This document shows, piece after piece, positions 1-8,246 of a DNA stretch of 64,000 bases. The DNA comes from an uncultured virus (IMG/VR IMGVR_UViG_3300032116_011488) (Duplodnaviria > Heunggongvirae > Uroviricota > Caudoviricetes): positions 1 to 64,000 of the IMG/VR virus record IMGVR_UViG_3300032116_011488; one strand, given 5' to 3'. Position 1 is the first letter of the stretch. Every line of letters begins with the position of its first letter. The notes beneath the pieces are model-generated. The model saw nothing but the letters and a program-made list of their open reading frames with translations. It had not been told where the DNA came from and made no database searches. A program made the translations under genes and the position numbers.

Positions 1-114
1 AGTAAGTTCCGTAAAAAGTATGGTGACGAATGGAAAGACTATCTTTGGGCATCAGCATCAGCCGCAGCATTCAGACAAAGTGGTGGTAAAAGTGATGATA
101 AGCGGAAAAAATAA
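1..114 (+). CDS. 3' end of a hypothetical (probably head-associated) protein, truncated by window edge
   Basis: Frame 1 is open from base 1 (SKFRKKYGDEWKDYLWASASAAAFRQSGGKSDDKRKK) to TAA at 112-114, which overlaps the next ATG (TAATG). Confidence 0.7.
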   Translation, partial: SKFRKKYGDEWKDYLWASASAAAFRQSGGKSDDKRKK

Positions 115-1301
115 TGAAGTATTCATCATTTTTTAATTTTGAACAATACCACCATCCTCACAAAAGACACGACCCACCTGGGTCAGAAGATGCAGATGTG
201 AATAATGATGGTAAAGTTGACAAAAATGACAAGTATATAATGGCAAAACGCCGGTTATACAGACAATATCAAGCAGCACAAAAAGATAAAAAAGCTACAG
301 AATTTTCTACACCAAAGTTGGAGAACAACATGATTAGATTGTCAGCACTAGTGAATCTACAGGCATTAAAAGAAGAATCACACGAAGAACCAACACCAGC
401 TCCAACTGTAGCTGTTGATAAAAAGTCACGGGTTGAAATGAAGCTTAAGAAGCTTAAAGAAATGCAAATGACCCCAGACCAAGAAAAGAAAGTTGATGAA
501 CTCTTGGCTCAATATGAAGAATTGTCTGCTAAACAAAAACAACTTGATGTAGACAAAGACGGCAAGATTGAAGGTGATGATTTAGCAAAACTTCGTGCAG
601 GTAAAACTGACGAAAAGTTAGATGCTGTCGGTCAAGAAGATGGTGATGTTGATAATGACGGAGATAAAGACTCATCTGATAAGTACTTACAAGCTCGTCG
701 GGATACTATTGGTAAGGCAATGAAGAGTGAAGGTAGTGGTGAAGACCACGAAGCATCTATGGCAAACTCTACTTTAGATTCAATTATCAAGCACGCAACC
801 GAACTTAAGGGTAAGATTGGAATGGAAGAAAAGGACATTCCAGCATGGATTCAAGACCACATCGCAGTTGCTGAAAATAATCTTGACCAAGCAAATACCA
901 GTTATCACGAATATGGCGATGAAGAAATGACTGATAAGCCAGTTGACCAAGATATGGCAGCTATGGCAGAATCAGTTAACGAAGGTGCTCCCGAAGGATG
1001 GGAAAAGACCGTTAAAGCAATGAAAAAACACAAGGAAATTGATAATCCTTGGGCACTTGCAAACTGGATGAAGAAGAAAGGATATAATCCAAAAAAAGAA
1101 GAAACCGAAGAAGCAGTAACTATAAAACCACAAGGTGGGTTAGCAGCTGCTATCTCGGCATATAAAAATACACCAACACATAGTTCAAAGCAACATGTAC
1201 AAGTGATGCCAGCACACAAACCAGGTGACACTTGGAAGACTGACAGTGGTAAGACAGCAAAGAAAAATTCAGATGGAACTATTTCTTACACAGTAAATTA
1301 A
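114..1301 (+). CDS. Putative internal/head protein with three EF-hand/dockerin-like DxDxDG loops
   Basis: 395 aa and acidic. Contains DADVNNDGKVDKNDKY, LDVDKDGKIEGDD and DGDVDNDGDKDSSDKY. Lies upstream of the portal gene. Confidence 0.6.
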   Translation: MKYSSFFNFEQYHHPHKRHDPPGSEDADVNNDGKVDKNDKYIMAKRRLYRQYQAAQKDKKATEFSTPKLENNMIRLSALVNLQALKEESHEEPTPAPTVAVDKKSRVEMKLKKLKEMQMTPDQEKKVDELLAQYEELSAKQKQLDVDKDGKIEGDDLAKLRAGKTDEKLDAVGQEDGDVDNDGDKDSSDKYLQARRDTIGKAMKSEGSGEDHEASMANSTLDSIIKHATELKGKIGMEEKDIPAWIQDHIAVAENNLDQANTSYHEYGDEEMTDKPVDQDMAAMAESVNEGAPEGWEKTVKAMKKHKEIDNPWALANWMKKKGYNPKKEETEEAVTIKPQGGLAAAISAYKNTPTHSSKQHVQVMPAHKPGDTWKTDSGKTAKKNSDGTISYTVN

Positions 1302-1302
1302 T

Positions 1303-1659
1303 ATGGTAGCCAAATTTATTTCTCTTTTACTTTCTAGTAGACAACAAGCACACATCTTTCATCTTCAAACTTCTTCATATGCTGCACATAAGGCGTTACA
1401 AGAATATTATGAAGGAATCGTGGATTTAGTTGACGCTTATGTAGAAGCTTATCAAGGTCGATATGGTATTCTCAAAGGATATATGCCAACTAATACTATT
1501 TTAGAAGATGACTCAGTAGTTAGCTATTTTACAGGTCTTCAAAAGTTTGTAGACGAAACCCGTGGTCAACTTCCACAAGACGGTGAACTTAATAACACTG
1601 TTGATGAAATTGCCGCAGTAATATCTAGTACGATTTATAAACTCAAATTCCTCAAATAA
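1303..1659 (+). CDS. Ferritin/Dps-like four-helix phage protein (DUF5856-like)
   Basis: AHIFHLQTSSYAAHKALQEYYE...DAYVEAYQG...YKLKFLK pattern resembles the Dps ferroxidase helices. Confidence 0.65.
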   Translation: MVAKFISLLLSSRQQAHIFHLQTSSYAAHKALQEYYEGIVDLVDAYVEAYQGRYGILKGYMPTNTILEDDSVVSYFTGLQKFVDETRGQLPQDGELNNTVDEIAAVISSTIYKLKFLK

Positions 1660-1660
1660 T

Positions 1661-1963
1661 ATGAAATACAGAGATTTTTTTCCAGAAGGATATTCAGACG
1701 GTACTTCGTTTCCCCAAACCAAAGCAGATTTTGGTCAAGAAAAGCCAGAAGAAATGCCAGAAACCGACCCACAAGATTTAGCAGTTCGGTCGGCTCGTAT
1801 CAGTGATATTCTCGAACGAAATACCCCAACCAGTCCAGAAAAGTGGGCGAAGGCAAAGGCAGCAGCACGTTCGAAGTTCAAGGTTTATCCATCTGCTTAC
1901 GCCAATCTCTGGGCAGCAAAGAAATATAAGAGTATGGGCGGTGGTTGGAAGAAGGGAAAGTAA
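1661..1963 (+). CDS. Small phage protein with basic C-terminus (putative internal protein)
   Basis: 100 aa. Ends KWAKAKAAARSKFKVYPSAYANLWAAKKYKSMGGGW. N-terminus is MKYRDFFPE. Confidence 0.65.
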   Translation: MKYRDFFPEGYSDGTSFPQTKADFGQEKPEEMPETDPQDLAVRSARISDILERNTPTSPEKWAKAKAAARSKFKVYPSAYANLWAAKKYKSMGGGWKKGK

Positions 1964-2118
1964 TGATTAAGTTAATGGACCTTATACCAGAAGAATGGAC
2001 AAAAAAGTATAAGAAATCCATTAATTGTAGTAATCCCAAAGGCTTTAGTCAAAAAGCCCATTGCGCTGGTCGCAGAAAGCGGAAGCGTGGTGGTACAACT
2101 AAATCAAAACCAGTATGA
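1963..2118 (+). CDS. Small basic protein, 51 aa (absent from ORF track)
   Basis: MIKLMDLIPEEWTKKYKKSINCSNPKGFSQKAHCAGRRKRKRGGTTKSKPV. Coupled by TAATG upstream and ATGA downstream, filling the gap exactly. Confidence 0.75.
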   Translation: MIKLMDLIPEEWTKKYKKSINCSNPKGFSQKAHCAGRRKRKRGGTTKSKPV

Positions 2119-2444
2119 CACAATTCGCTGATATATTAGTTGAAGTATCAATCGACCTTGACGAAAAGTACAAGACTAAAGGTAGTCTTGGTAAGTGGCT
2201 TCGTCAAAAGTGGGTTGATATTTCTCGTAAAGATAAAGACGGTAAGCATCCACCGTGTGGAGCTTCCGCTGGTAAAAAGGAACGAAAGGGCGGGTCATCA
2301 AAGTATCCAAAGTGTCGTCCAGCTCGTTCCGCAGCAGCAATGAGCAAAGGTGAAAAGCGGTCAGCAGTAGTTCGTAAGAGAAAAGCAGGTAATCCAGGTG
2401 GAAAACCAACAATGGTGTCCACATTCAAGAAGGAAGAAGAATAA
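2115..2444 (+). CDS. Small basic phage protein (putative internal protein)
   Basis: 109 aa, K/R-rich, with LGKWLRQKWVD...PCG...YPKCRP. Translationally coupled on both sides. Confidence 0.65.
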   Translation: MTQFADILVEVSIDLDEKYKTKGSLGKWLRQKWVDISRKDKDGKHPPCGASAGKKERKGGSSKYPKCRPARSAAAMSKGEKRSAVVRKRKAGNPGGKPTMVSTFKKEEE

Positions 2445-2860
2445 TGGAAAACTTAACTGAAGCTTGTTGGGAAGGATATAAGCAAGTAGGGATGAAAGAC
2501 AAAAGTGGTAAAATGGTCCCAAATTGCGTTCCTATCAACGAAGAAGATATCATTGAAGAATATTGTCCACGTTGTTTGGCAACTGAAATAGTACGGGCAG
2601 CAACTCAACCATTAGAAGAAGCCGAATATCACGGTCGTAAAGTTTCTCTTGGAAAACCAATGCGTGGGGACGTAAAAAAGTTCAAGGTGTTTGTCAAAGA
2701 CCCAAGTACCGGAAACGTCAAGAAGGTTAACTTCGGTGACAAGACGATGCGAATCAAGAAGTCCAATCCCGCTCGCCGTAAGTCATTTAGAGCAAGACAC
2801 AACTGCGATACCCCAGGCCCACGGACAAAGGCAAGATACTGGTCGTGTCGGAAGTGGTAA
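2444..2860 (+). CDS. Basic phage protein (DUF6321-like C-terminus)
   Basis: CWEGYKQVGMK...VPNCVP module followed by KKFKVFVKDP...KKVNFGD...RRKSFRARHNC...RYWSCRKW. Confidence 0.65.
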   Translation: MENLTEACWEGYKQVGMKDKSGKMVPNCVPINEEDIIEEYCPRCLATEIVRAATQPLEEAEYHGRKVSLGKPMRGDVKKFKVFVKDPSTGNVKKVNFGDKTMRIKKSNPARRKSFRARHNCDTPGPRTKARYWSCRKW

Positions 2861-2861
2861 T

Positions 2862-3071
2862 ATGAAAGTCTCCAGAAAGATATCTGACGCTATATTAAAG
2901 AAAATGAAGTATACATTCAATCCAGAAGAATTTCATATGGGAATGAATGTAGAGATGGAACATCAAGATGTGACTAATGGAAATGTGGTCAAAACAGCAA
3001 AAATAGCTGCCGCCCACTTGACAGAGAACCCAAAATATTATACATTACTTAAGAAGTATGTGGAGAAATAA
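2862..3071 (+). CDS. Small phage protein (DUF5661-like)
   Basis: GMNVEMEH...KIAAAHLTENPKYYTLL motif. ATG at 2862 lies right after the upstream stop and is preferred over the track start at 2691. Confidence 0.65.
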   Translation: MKVSRKISDAILKKMKYTFNPEEFHMGMNVEMEHQDVTNGNVVKTAKIAAAHLTENPKYYTLLKKYVEK

Positions 3072-3072
3072 A

Positions 3073-3411
3073 ATGGCATTATTAAAAGATTTACTCAGCG
3101 AAGTTACCAGTCAAGTTCCACGTAGAGTTCAATTGATGCGTGTAGAAGCGGTATTAGAAAACATCGCACCACAACTTAAGGAAGCTGACCAAAAGAAGCT
3201 TGCAGAAGTGTATATTGAATTAAAGCAATTAGCAGAAATGCTAAACGAAACTCCATATACTATCTTTAACGCAAACCAATGGGGTTTACTGGAAATGGTA
3301 TTAAAGGGTAAAGTAGCGGAATTCAAGTTACTCGCAGAAGATATTGCAGAAGATAATAAAGATGTCGATGTCTGGCCATTGGCAACAGCACTCGACACCG
3401 TTCTCATTTAA
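3073..3411 (+). CDS. Hypothetical helical protein
   Basis: ATG at 3073 (MALLKDLLSE) follows the upstream stop. 112 aa. Confidence 0.65.
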   Translation: MALLKDLLSEVTSQVPRRVQLMRVEAVLENIAPQLKEADQKKLAEVYIELKQLAEMLNETPYTIFNANQWGLLEMVLKGKVAEFKLLAEDIAEDNKDVDVWPLATALDTVLI

Positions 3412-3421
3412 GTGAGGGGTT

Positions 3422-5308
3422 ATGGCAGATACTAGTATTTACGGCCGCCTACGGAAACTGTTCGCAACAAATACAGTTGTCCGAAATGTAGGTGGAAAGA
3501 AGTTAAAAGTCGCTGATACCGACAATATCCAGTCGTTTATTAATAGACGGGGCATTGACCGATATCATCGAGTTTATTCGTCTATGACAGGTGGATATGG
3601 TGCTTCGGGTGGTCGTTATGAATCCGCAGCAGCATTCCAAGGGTCACGTTTACAATTGTTCCGTGATTATGATATGATGGATAATGACCCAATCATTTCA
3701 TCAGTAATGGACATCTACGCTGACGAATCAACCGTAAAGGACGAATTCGGTCAAGTACTTAGTATCCGCTCAAAAAATCAACAAATCCAAGATATTCTCC
3801 ATAACTTATTCTATGACGTATTGAACGTTGAGTTCAATCTCTGGCCTTGGGTCAGAAATATGGCTAAGTATGGGGACTTTTTCTTATTCCTAGATATTGA
3901 TGAAAAGTATGGTGTCGTAAACGTCATTCCTCTTTCTGTGTACGAAACCATCCGTATTGAAGGCCAAGACCCAGGCAATCCATTCTCTGTTAAGTTCAAA
4001 GTAGAAAATGATTTCTTGGCACTTGGTAAAAAAGAATTTGACAATTACGAAGTTGCACATTTCCGACTACTTTCAGATACTAACTTCCTTCCATATGGTA
4101 AGGCAATGGTTGAAGGTGGTCGTCGTGTGTGGAAGCAATTGCAATTGATGGAAGATGCGATGTTGATTCATCGTATCATGCGTGCACCAGATAAGCGTAA
4201 GGTGTTGGTTGATGTTGGAAACATTCCACCAGCAGAAATCGATACACATATGCAACGTATCATCGACCGTATGAAGAAGGTACCACTCGTTGACCCAAAG
4301 ACTGGTGATTACAATCTTCGTTACAATATGATGAACATTACAGAAGATTTCTATCTTCCTGTTCGTGGTAAGGATTCTGGTACAGATATTACGAATCTTC
4401 CAGGCCTTCAATTCAATGCTATCGAAGATATTGAATACCTTCGTAACAAGTTAATGGCAGCATTCAAGGTACCAAAGTCATTCCTTGGATACGAAGAAGA
4501 TAATAGTGGTAAAGCATCATTGGCAGCACAAGACGTTCGTTTCGCACGAACCATTGAACGTATTCAACGCATTATGGTGTCAGAACTTACCAAAATTGCA
4601 ATCATTCACTTATACGTTCAAGGATTCACCGACGAAGACCTTATCGACTTTGAATTAGAAATGACTTCACCATCGGTCATTTACGAACAAGAAAAGTTGA
4701 ATCTTTGGAAGGAAAAGGTTGGATTGGCTAAGGATATTGCAGATAGTAAGTTCTTATCACGTGACTGGATTTACCATAACATTCTTCAAATTGCAGAAGA
4801 TGATGCACGGTCAGAACAAGAAAAGATAGTGAAGGATGTGGAATGGGTTGGTAAGGCAGAAGCAGTACAACAACAAGCCGCACAACCACAACAACCGCCA
4901 ATGGGCCCAGAGGGACAACCTGCTGAACCAGAAGCTGGAGAAGAACAGCCAGCGGAAGAACCAGAAAAATTAGATACCGTAGACGCGGTGTTAGCCTCAT
5001 TAGAAGACATGCCAGAAGAAGAGGAAGTTGTAGATGATACAGAATTGGAAGAAGCCAAAATGGGTCGTCCTAAGACTGGTATGCAATTTGGCCAAGATAG
5101 TCACCCACGCGGTCGCGACCCATTAGGTCATAAAGAAAATCTTGGCGCACTAAGAGTAGGGCAACAACGTAAACCATCTAGAAAATCCCCACTTTCGTTA
5201 GAAAATCACGAAGTTTCTAACTTAATTAAACAATTAAACGCCCATAAAATCGCACCAGAAACCTCTAGTATCTTAAACGAAGAAAATATCTTAGACATAG
5301 AAAACTAA
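3422..5308 (+). CDS. Portal vertex protein (T4 gp20-like)
   Basis: T4 gp20 hallmarks QLQLMEDAMLIHRIMRAPDKRKVLVDVGNIP, EDFYLPVRG, ITNLPG, EDIEYLRNKL, DVRFARTIERIQ. SD GAGGGG. Acidic C-terminal extension. Confidence 0.93.
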   Translation: MADTSIYGRLRKLFATNTVVRNVGGKKLKVADTDNIQSFINRRGIDRYHRVYSSMTGGYGASGGRYESAAAFQGSRLQLFRDYDMMDNDPIISSVMDIYADESTVKDEFGQVLSIRSKNQQIQDILHNLFYDVLNVEFNLWPWVRNMAKYGDFFLFLDIDEKYGVVNVIPLSVYETIRIEGQDPGNPFSVKFKVENDFLALGKKEFDNYEVAHFRLLSDTNFLPYGKAMVEGGRRVWKQLQLMEDAMLIHRIMRAPDKRKVLVDVGNIPPAEIDTHMQRIIDRMKKVPLVDPKTGDYNLRYNMMNITEDFYLPVRGKDSGTDITNLPGLQFNAIEDIEYLRNKLMAAFKVPKSFLGYEEDNSGKASLAAQDVRFARTIERIQRIMVSELTKIAIIHLYVQGFTDEDLIDFELEMTSPSVIYEQEKLNLWKEKVGLAKDIADSKFLSRDWIYHNILQIAEDDARSEQEKIVKDVEWVGKAEAVQQQAAQPQQPPMGPEGQPAEPEAGEEQPAEEPEKLDTVDAVLASLEDMPEEEEVVDDTELEEAKMGRPKTGMQFGQDSHPRGRDPLGHKENLGALRVGQQRKPSRKSPLSLENHEVSNLIKQLNAHKIAPETSSILNEENILDIEN

Positions 5309-5376
5309 CGAAGTGGGAATTATCATACTATTTAATATATGATAAGGTATTTATTCACTTATGGCGGATTATTTTT

Positions 5377-6249
5377 ATGAAATCAAGTATTAAGCATAAT
5401 AAGTTGAGAAACACCGGCATCCTCTTTGAATTGTTAGTCCGTCAAATCACATCTGATGTGATGGAAAACAAGAAAGATGGGGCAGCTGTTAAGTTAATGC
5501 GTGAATTCTTTAATTCCAAAAAGGAATTGGGGAAGGAACTTATGTTATACCGTGCATTTTTCAATGTTCAGAATCTATCTGAGCAAAAGGCATTCCAATT
5601 GTTGAAGTTGGTTACCGAACAACGGAAGAATCTCGACCAACATGCATTAGACACTCAAAAATACCTTTTAATTAAAGAAATTAAAAAGAACTTTGACTTG
5701 AAGGAATTCTTTGCAGCACGTATTCCATCGTATAAGATTTACGCATCAATCTACAAGAGTTTTGATGCAGCAACTAACGGAATCAGTGATACGACTACAA
5801 TTGAAGAGTTGGCAAACAGTCAATTCACTATCGTAGAACATCTTTCTGGTAAGATTCTTACAAAAGAAATTAAAGAACATAATGAATTGGCATCTATCGT
5901 TCGTAGTCAAGATGATGATATCCGTTTCCTTTCTTATAAGATTTTAGTTGAACGTTTTAATGAAAAGTATAAGGGATTAGACGAAGCACAAAAGAAATTA
6001 TTACAAGAATATATCTATAACATTTCTAATACATCTAAACTAAAGACATATACCCAAGGTGAAAGTCGTAGATTAGCAAAGGAAATCGCACAATACAGTA
6101 AGAAAGTATCGGACAAAGTTGTTCGCATTAAGTTATCGGAAGTTGTATCCCAACTTCAAAAGGTACAAATTGCTGTTGTGATTAAGGAAAATCACATGAC
6201 TGCGATGTTGATTGGATATGAAATTCTTAAGGAGCTTAAGTCATTATGA
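5377..6249 (+). CDS. Hypothetical head-module protein
   Basis: 290-aa helical ORF between portal and protease, with its own upstream TATTTA motif. Confidence 0.7.
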   Translation: MKSSIKHNKLRNTGILFELLVRQITSDVMENKKDGAAVKLMREFFNSKKELGKELMLYRAFFNVQNLSEQKAFQLLKLVTEQRKNLDQHALDTQKYLLIKEIKKNFDLKEFFAARIPSYKIYASIYKSFDAATNGISDTTTIEELANSQFTIVEHLSGKILTKEIKEHNELASIVRSQDDDIRFLSYKILVERFNEKYKGLDEAQKKLLQEYIYNISNTSKLKTYTQGESRRLAKEIAQYSKKVSDKVVRIKLSEVVSQLQKVQIAVVIKENHMTAMLIGYEILKELKSL

Positions 6250-6734
6250 CAAACGAAGAAAAACTCCGCACTATCATCCGTAAAATGTTACAAGAAGAAC
6301 TAGACGAAATGACAACCACAGCAAATGTTGCTGGGTATAATATTCCTATGGCATTTCAAGGAAATAATCCTAAGAATAAGGCACGTAAGAAGGGTATTGC
6401 AACACAATTAGGAATGCAATTAACTCCTAAAGGTGAAAAAGATTTAAACCGACCAGCAGATAAACTAGAAACCCTTGCAGAAGCAAAGGTAAGATATCAC
6501 GAATATAAGAAAGATGAAAGTGCAACTCCAACACAAAAGATTGCCAAGGCCATTTCAGAAGTCAATCGTAGTCTTGAAGAAATGGAAAGAGTGTTAAAGA
6601 TGAATACTCGTTTACAAAAGGAATCTGGAATTGCTAGTGAAGCACTTTATCGCCGTACTCAACAAGGACTTTTAAAACTAGAAGCACGGTTACTTCACCT
6701 CGCCGGTAAAGTACGGGACATCAGAGGAAAGTAA
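6246..6734 (+). CDS. Hypothetical prohead-core-like protein
   Basis: 162 aa, ATGA overlap, coiled-coil character, LDE/LAE candidate protease sites. Confidence 0.6.
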   Translation: MTNEEKLRTIIRKMLQEELDEMTTTANVAGYNIPMAFQGNNPKNKARKKGIATQLGMQLTPKGEKDLNRPADKLETLAEAKVRYHEYKKDESATPTQKIAKAISEVNRSLEEMERVLKMNTRLQKESGIASEALYRRTQQGLLKLEARLLHLAGKVRDIRGK

Positions 6735-6735
6735 T

Positions 6736-7323
6736 ATGAAGAACTTATTAGTTGAATATAATGTCATTGAATATGGAAAGGATTTATTAGCTGAAGCGGC
6801 TGATGTTAGTAAGCCATTAATGTTAAAGAATGTCCTTCTCCAACGTGCTGAAGCAAAAAATCAAAACGGACGTATTTACCCACGTGAAGTATTACAACGT
6901 GAAGCTGGATTGTATAAAGAAAACTTTGTAGTCCAACGCCGTGCACTTGGGGAATTAGACCATCCAGAAAGTCCAGTAGTTAATCTTAAAAATGTATGCT
7001 GCAATGTGACTGAACTATGGTTTGAAGGCCAAGATGTTCGTGGAAATATTGAAATTCTTTCCACTCCATCAGGTAACATTGTCCGTGAACTCATCAAGAA
7101 TAACATTCGTCTTGGTGTATCTTCTCGCGGAATGGGTTCAGTAAGTCCAATCGGTGAAAATACCGTAGAAGTTGGTGATGACTTCGCACTTATCTGTTTT
7201 GATATCGTCAGTAACCCAAGTACCCACGGTGCATTCATCAACGAAAGTAAGAAGGCACAAATCGTTACTCAATACTCACGTATCGACTCTCTTGTATACG
7301 ATTTCCTCAGTGAAGTAAAATGA
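6736..7323 (+). CDS. Prohead core protease (T4 gp21-like)
   Basis: NQNGRIYP, ALGELDHP, LSTPSG, GVSSRGMGS and DIVSNPSTHGA motifs. Confidence 0.93.
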   Translation: MKNLLVEYNVIEYGKDLLAEAADVSKPLMLKNVLLQRAEAKNQNGRIYPREVLQREAGLYKENFVVQRRALGELDHPESPVVNLKNVCCNVTELWFEGQDVRGNIEILSTPSGNIVRELIKNNIRLGVSSRGMGSVSPIGENTVEVGDDFALICFDIVSNPSTHGAFINESKKAQIVTQYSRIDSLVYDFLSEVK

Positions 7324-7883
7324 AACTAGCGAAGGAATTTGTTAAGTTTACCATTAAAGAATTGGGATTAAAATCATTACCTAAGAGCATTAAGTTCGAA
7401 GGTGATGATTATTCTGCGCAACATTTAACATTTGGAACTTACAATCCTTCTACTGATGAAATCGTTGTAGTCAAGGGGCAACGTCATCCTATCGATGTAT
7501 TACGTACGTTAGCTCACGAATTGGTGCATCACAAACAACGTGAAGATGGACAAGAATTGAATGGCGAAGATGGGTCAAATACAGAAAACGAAGCAAATGC
7601 AAAAGCTGGCGAATTGATGAGAAAATTCAGAACCGTTCGTCCAGAAATATTTAATGTTGGTCCTTGGGGATTTCATACCAATATGGAAAATAAGATTCAA
7701 TCTATCCTAAGTGCAGCAAAAACTGGTAAACCAGCAAAGATTGATGAAACCTACGTAGACCAATATACTGCCAAGTTATTAATTACAGTGGCACACAATC
7801 TATCCCCAAAGAATAGAACAGAGTTTTACAACGAATCCATCGATAAGATGGTAGAATTAGCATATAAATTAGTTACTCGGTAA
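7320..7883 (+). CDS. Putative zincin-type metallopeptidase (HExxH)
   Basis: LRTLAHELVHHKQ, with a downstream E in ENEANAKAG. Confidence 0.65.
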   Translation: MKLAKEFVKFTIKELGLKSLPKSIKFEGDDYSAQHLTFGTYNPSTDEIVVVKGQRHPIDVLRTLAHELVHHKQREDGQELNGEDGSNTENEANAKAGELMRKFRTVRPEIFNVGPWGFHTNMENKIQSILSAAKTGKPAKIDETYVDQYTAKLLITVAHNLSPKNRTEFYNESIDKMVELAYKLVTR

Positions 7884-7895
7884 CCCGGAGGTAGT

Positions 7896-8114
7896 ATGTA
7901 CGTTGAAGTAAAAGGTGATAAACAATCTGATTTAGAACGAGCACTCCAACAGTTCGTTAAGCAAGTCAAAAAAGCAGAATTGATGGAAGATTTAAAGAAG
8001 AAAGAATTCTATTTGAAGAAGTCCAAGAGACTCCAAAAGAAGAGCCAAGACGCCCTCCGCAGAAGAAAGCGTGAAGAGAGTAAGGCGCAGAAGAAGAACA
8101 ATAATACATTTTAA
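7896..8114 (+). CDS. rpsU: Phage-encoded 30S ribosomal protein bS21
   Basis: 72-aa basic protein, VEVKG..DLERALQQFVKQVKKAELMEDLKKKEFYLKKSKR..ALRRRK, matching the bS21 pattern. SD GGAGG. Confidence 0.85.
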   Translation: MYVEVKGDKQSDLERALQQFVKQVKKAELMEDLKKKEFYLKKSKRLQKKSQDALRRRKREESKAQKKNNNTF

Positions 8115-8119
8115 CTAAA

Positions 8120-8160
8120 AATTGATGTTTTACAAAAAACAGTAATATATATTTAATAGT
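8120..8160 (+). promoter_or_regulatory. Putative late promoter region of the scaffold/capsid operon
   Basis: AATTGATGTTT...AAAAAACAG...TATTTAAT, closely repeated at 13672-13704. Confidence 0.5.
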
Positions 8161-8246
8161 ACACCTCATTTGGGGTGTGATTTTGTTGTATATAATCTGT
8201 TAATGACTCATAATAGTCATTTTAATTCTCATAGGAGAGAAACTTT

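Noticed and set aside
2691..2861. Upstream extension of the 2691-3071 ORF, and similar long overlaps at 37327, 38282, 45964 and 56454
   Set aside because: These overlap the upstream genes. Downstream starts adjacent to the previous stop codon fit better.
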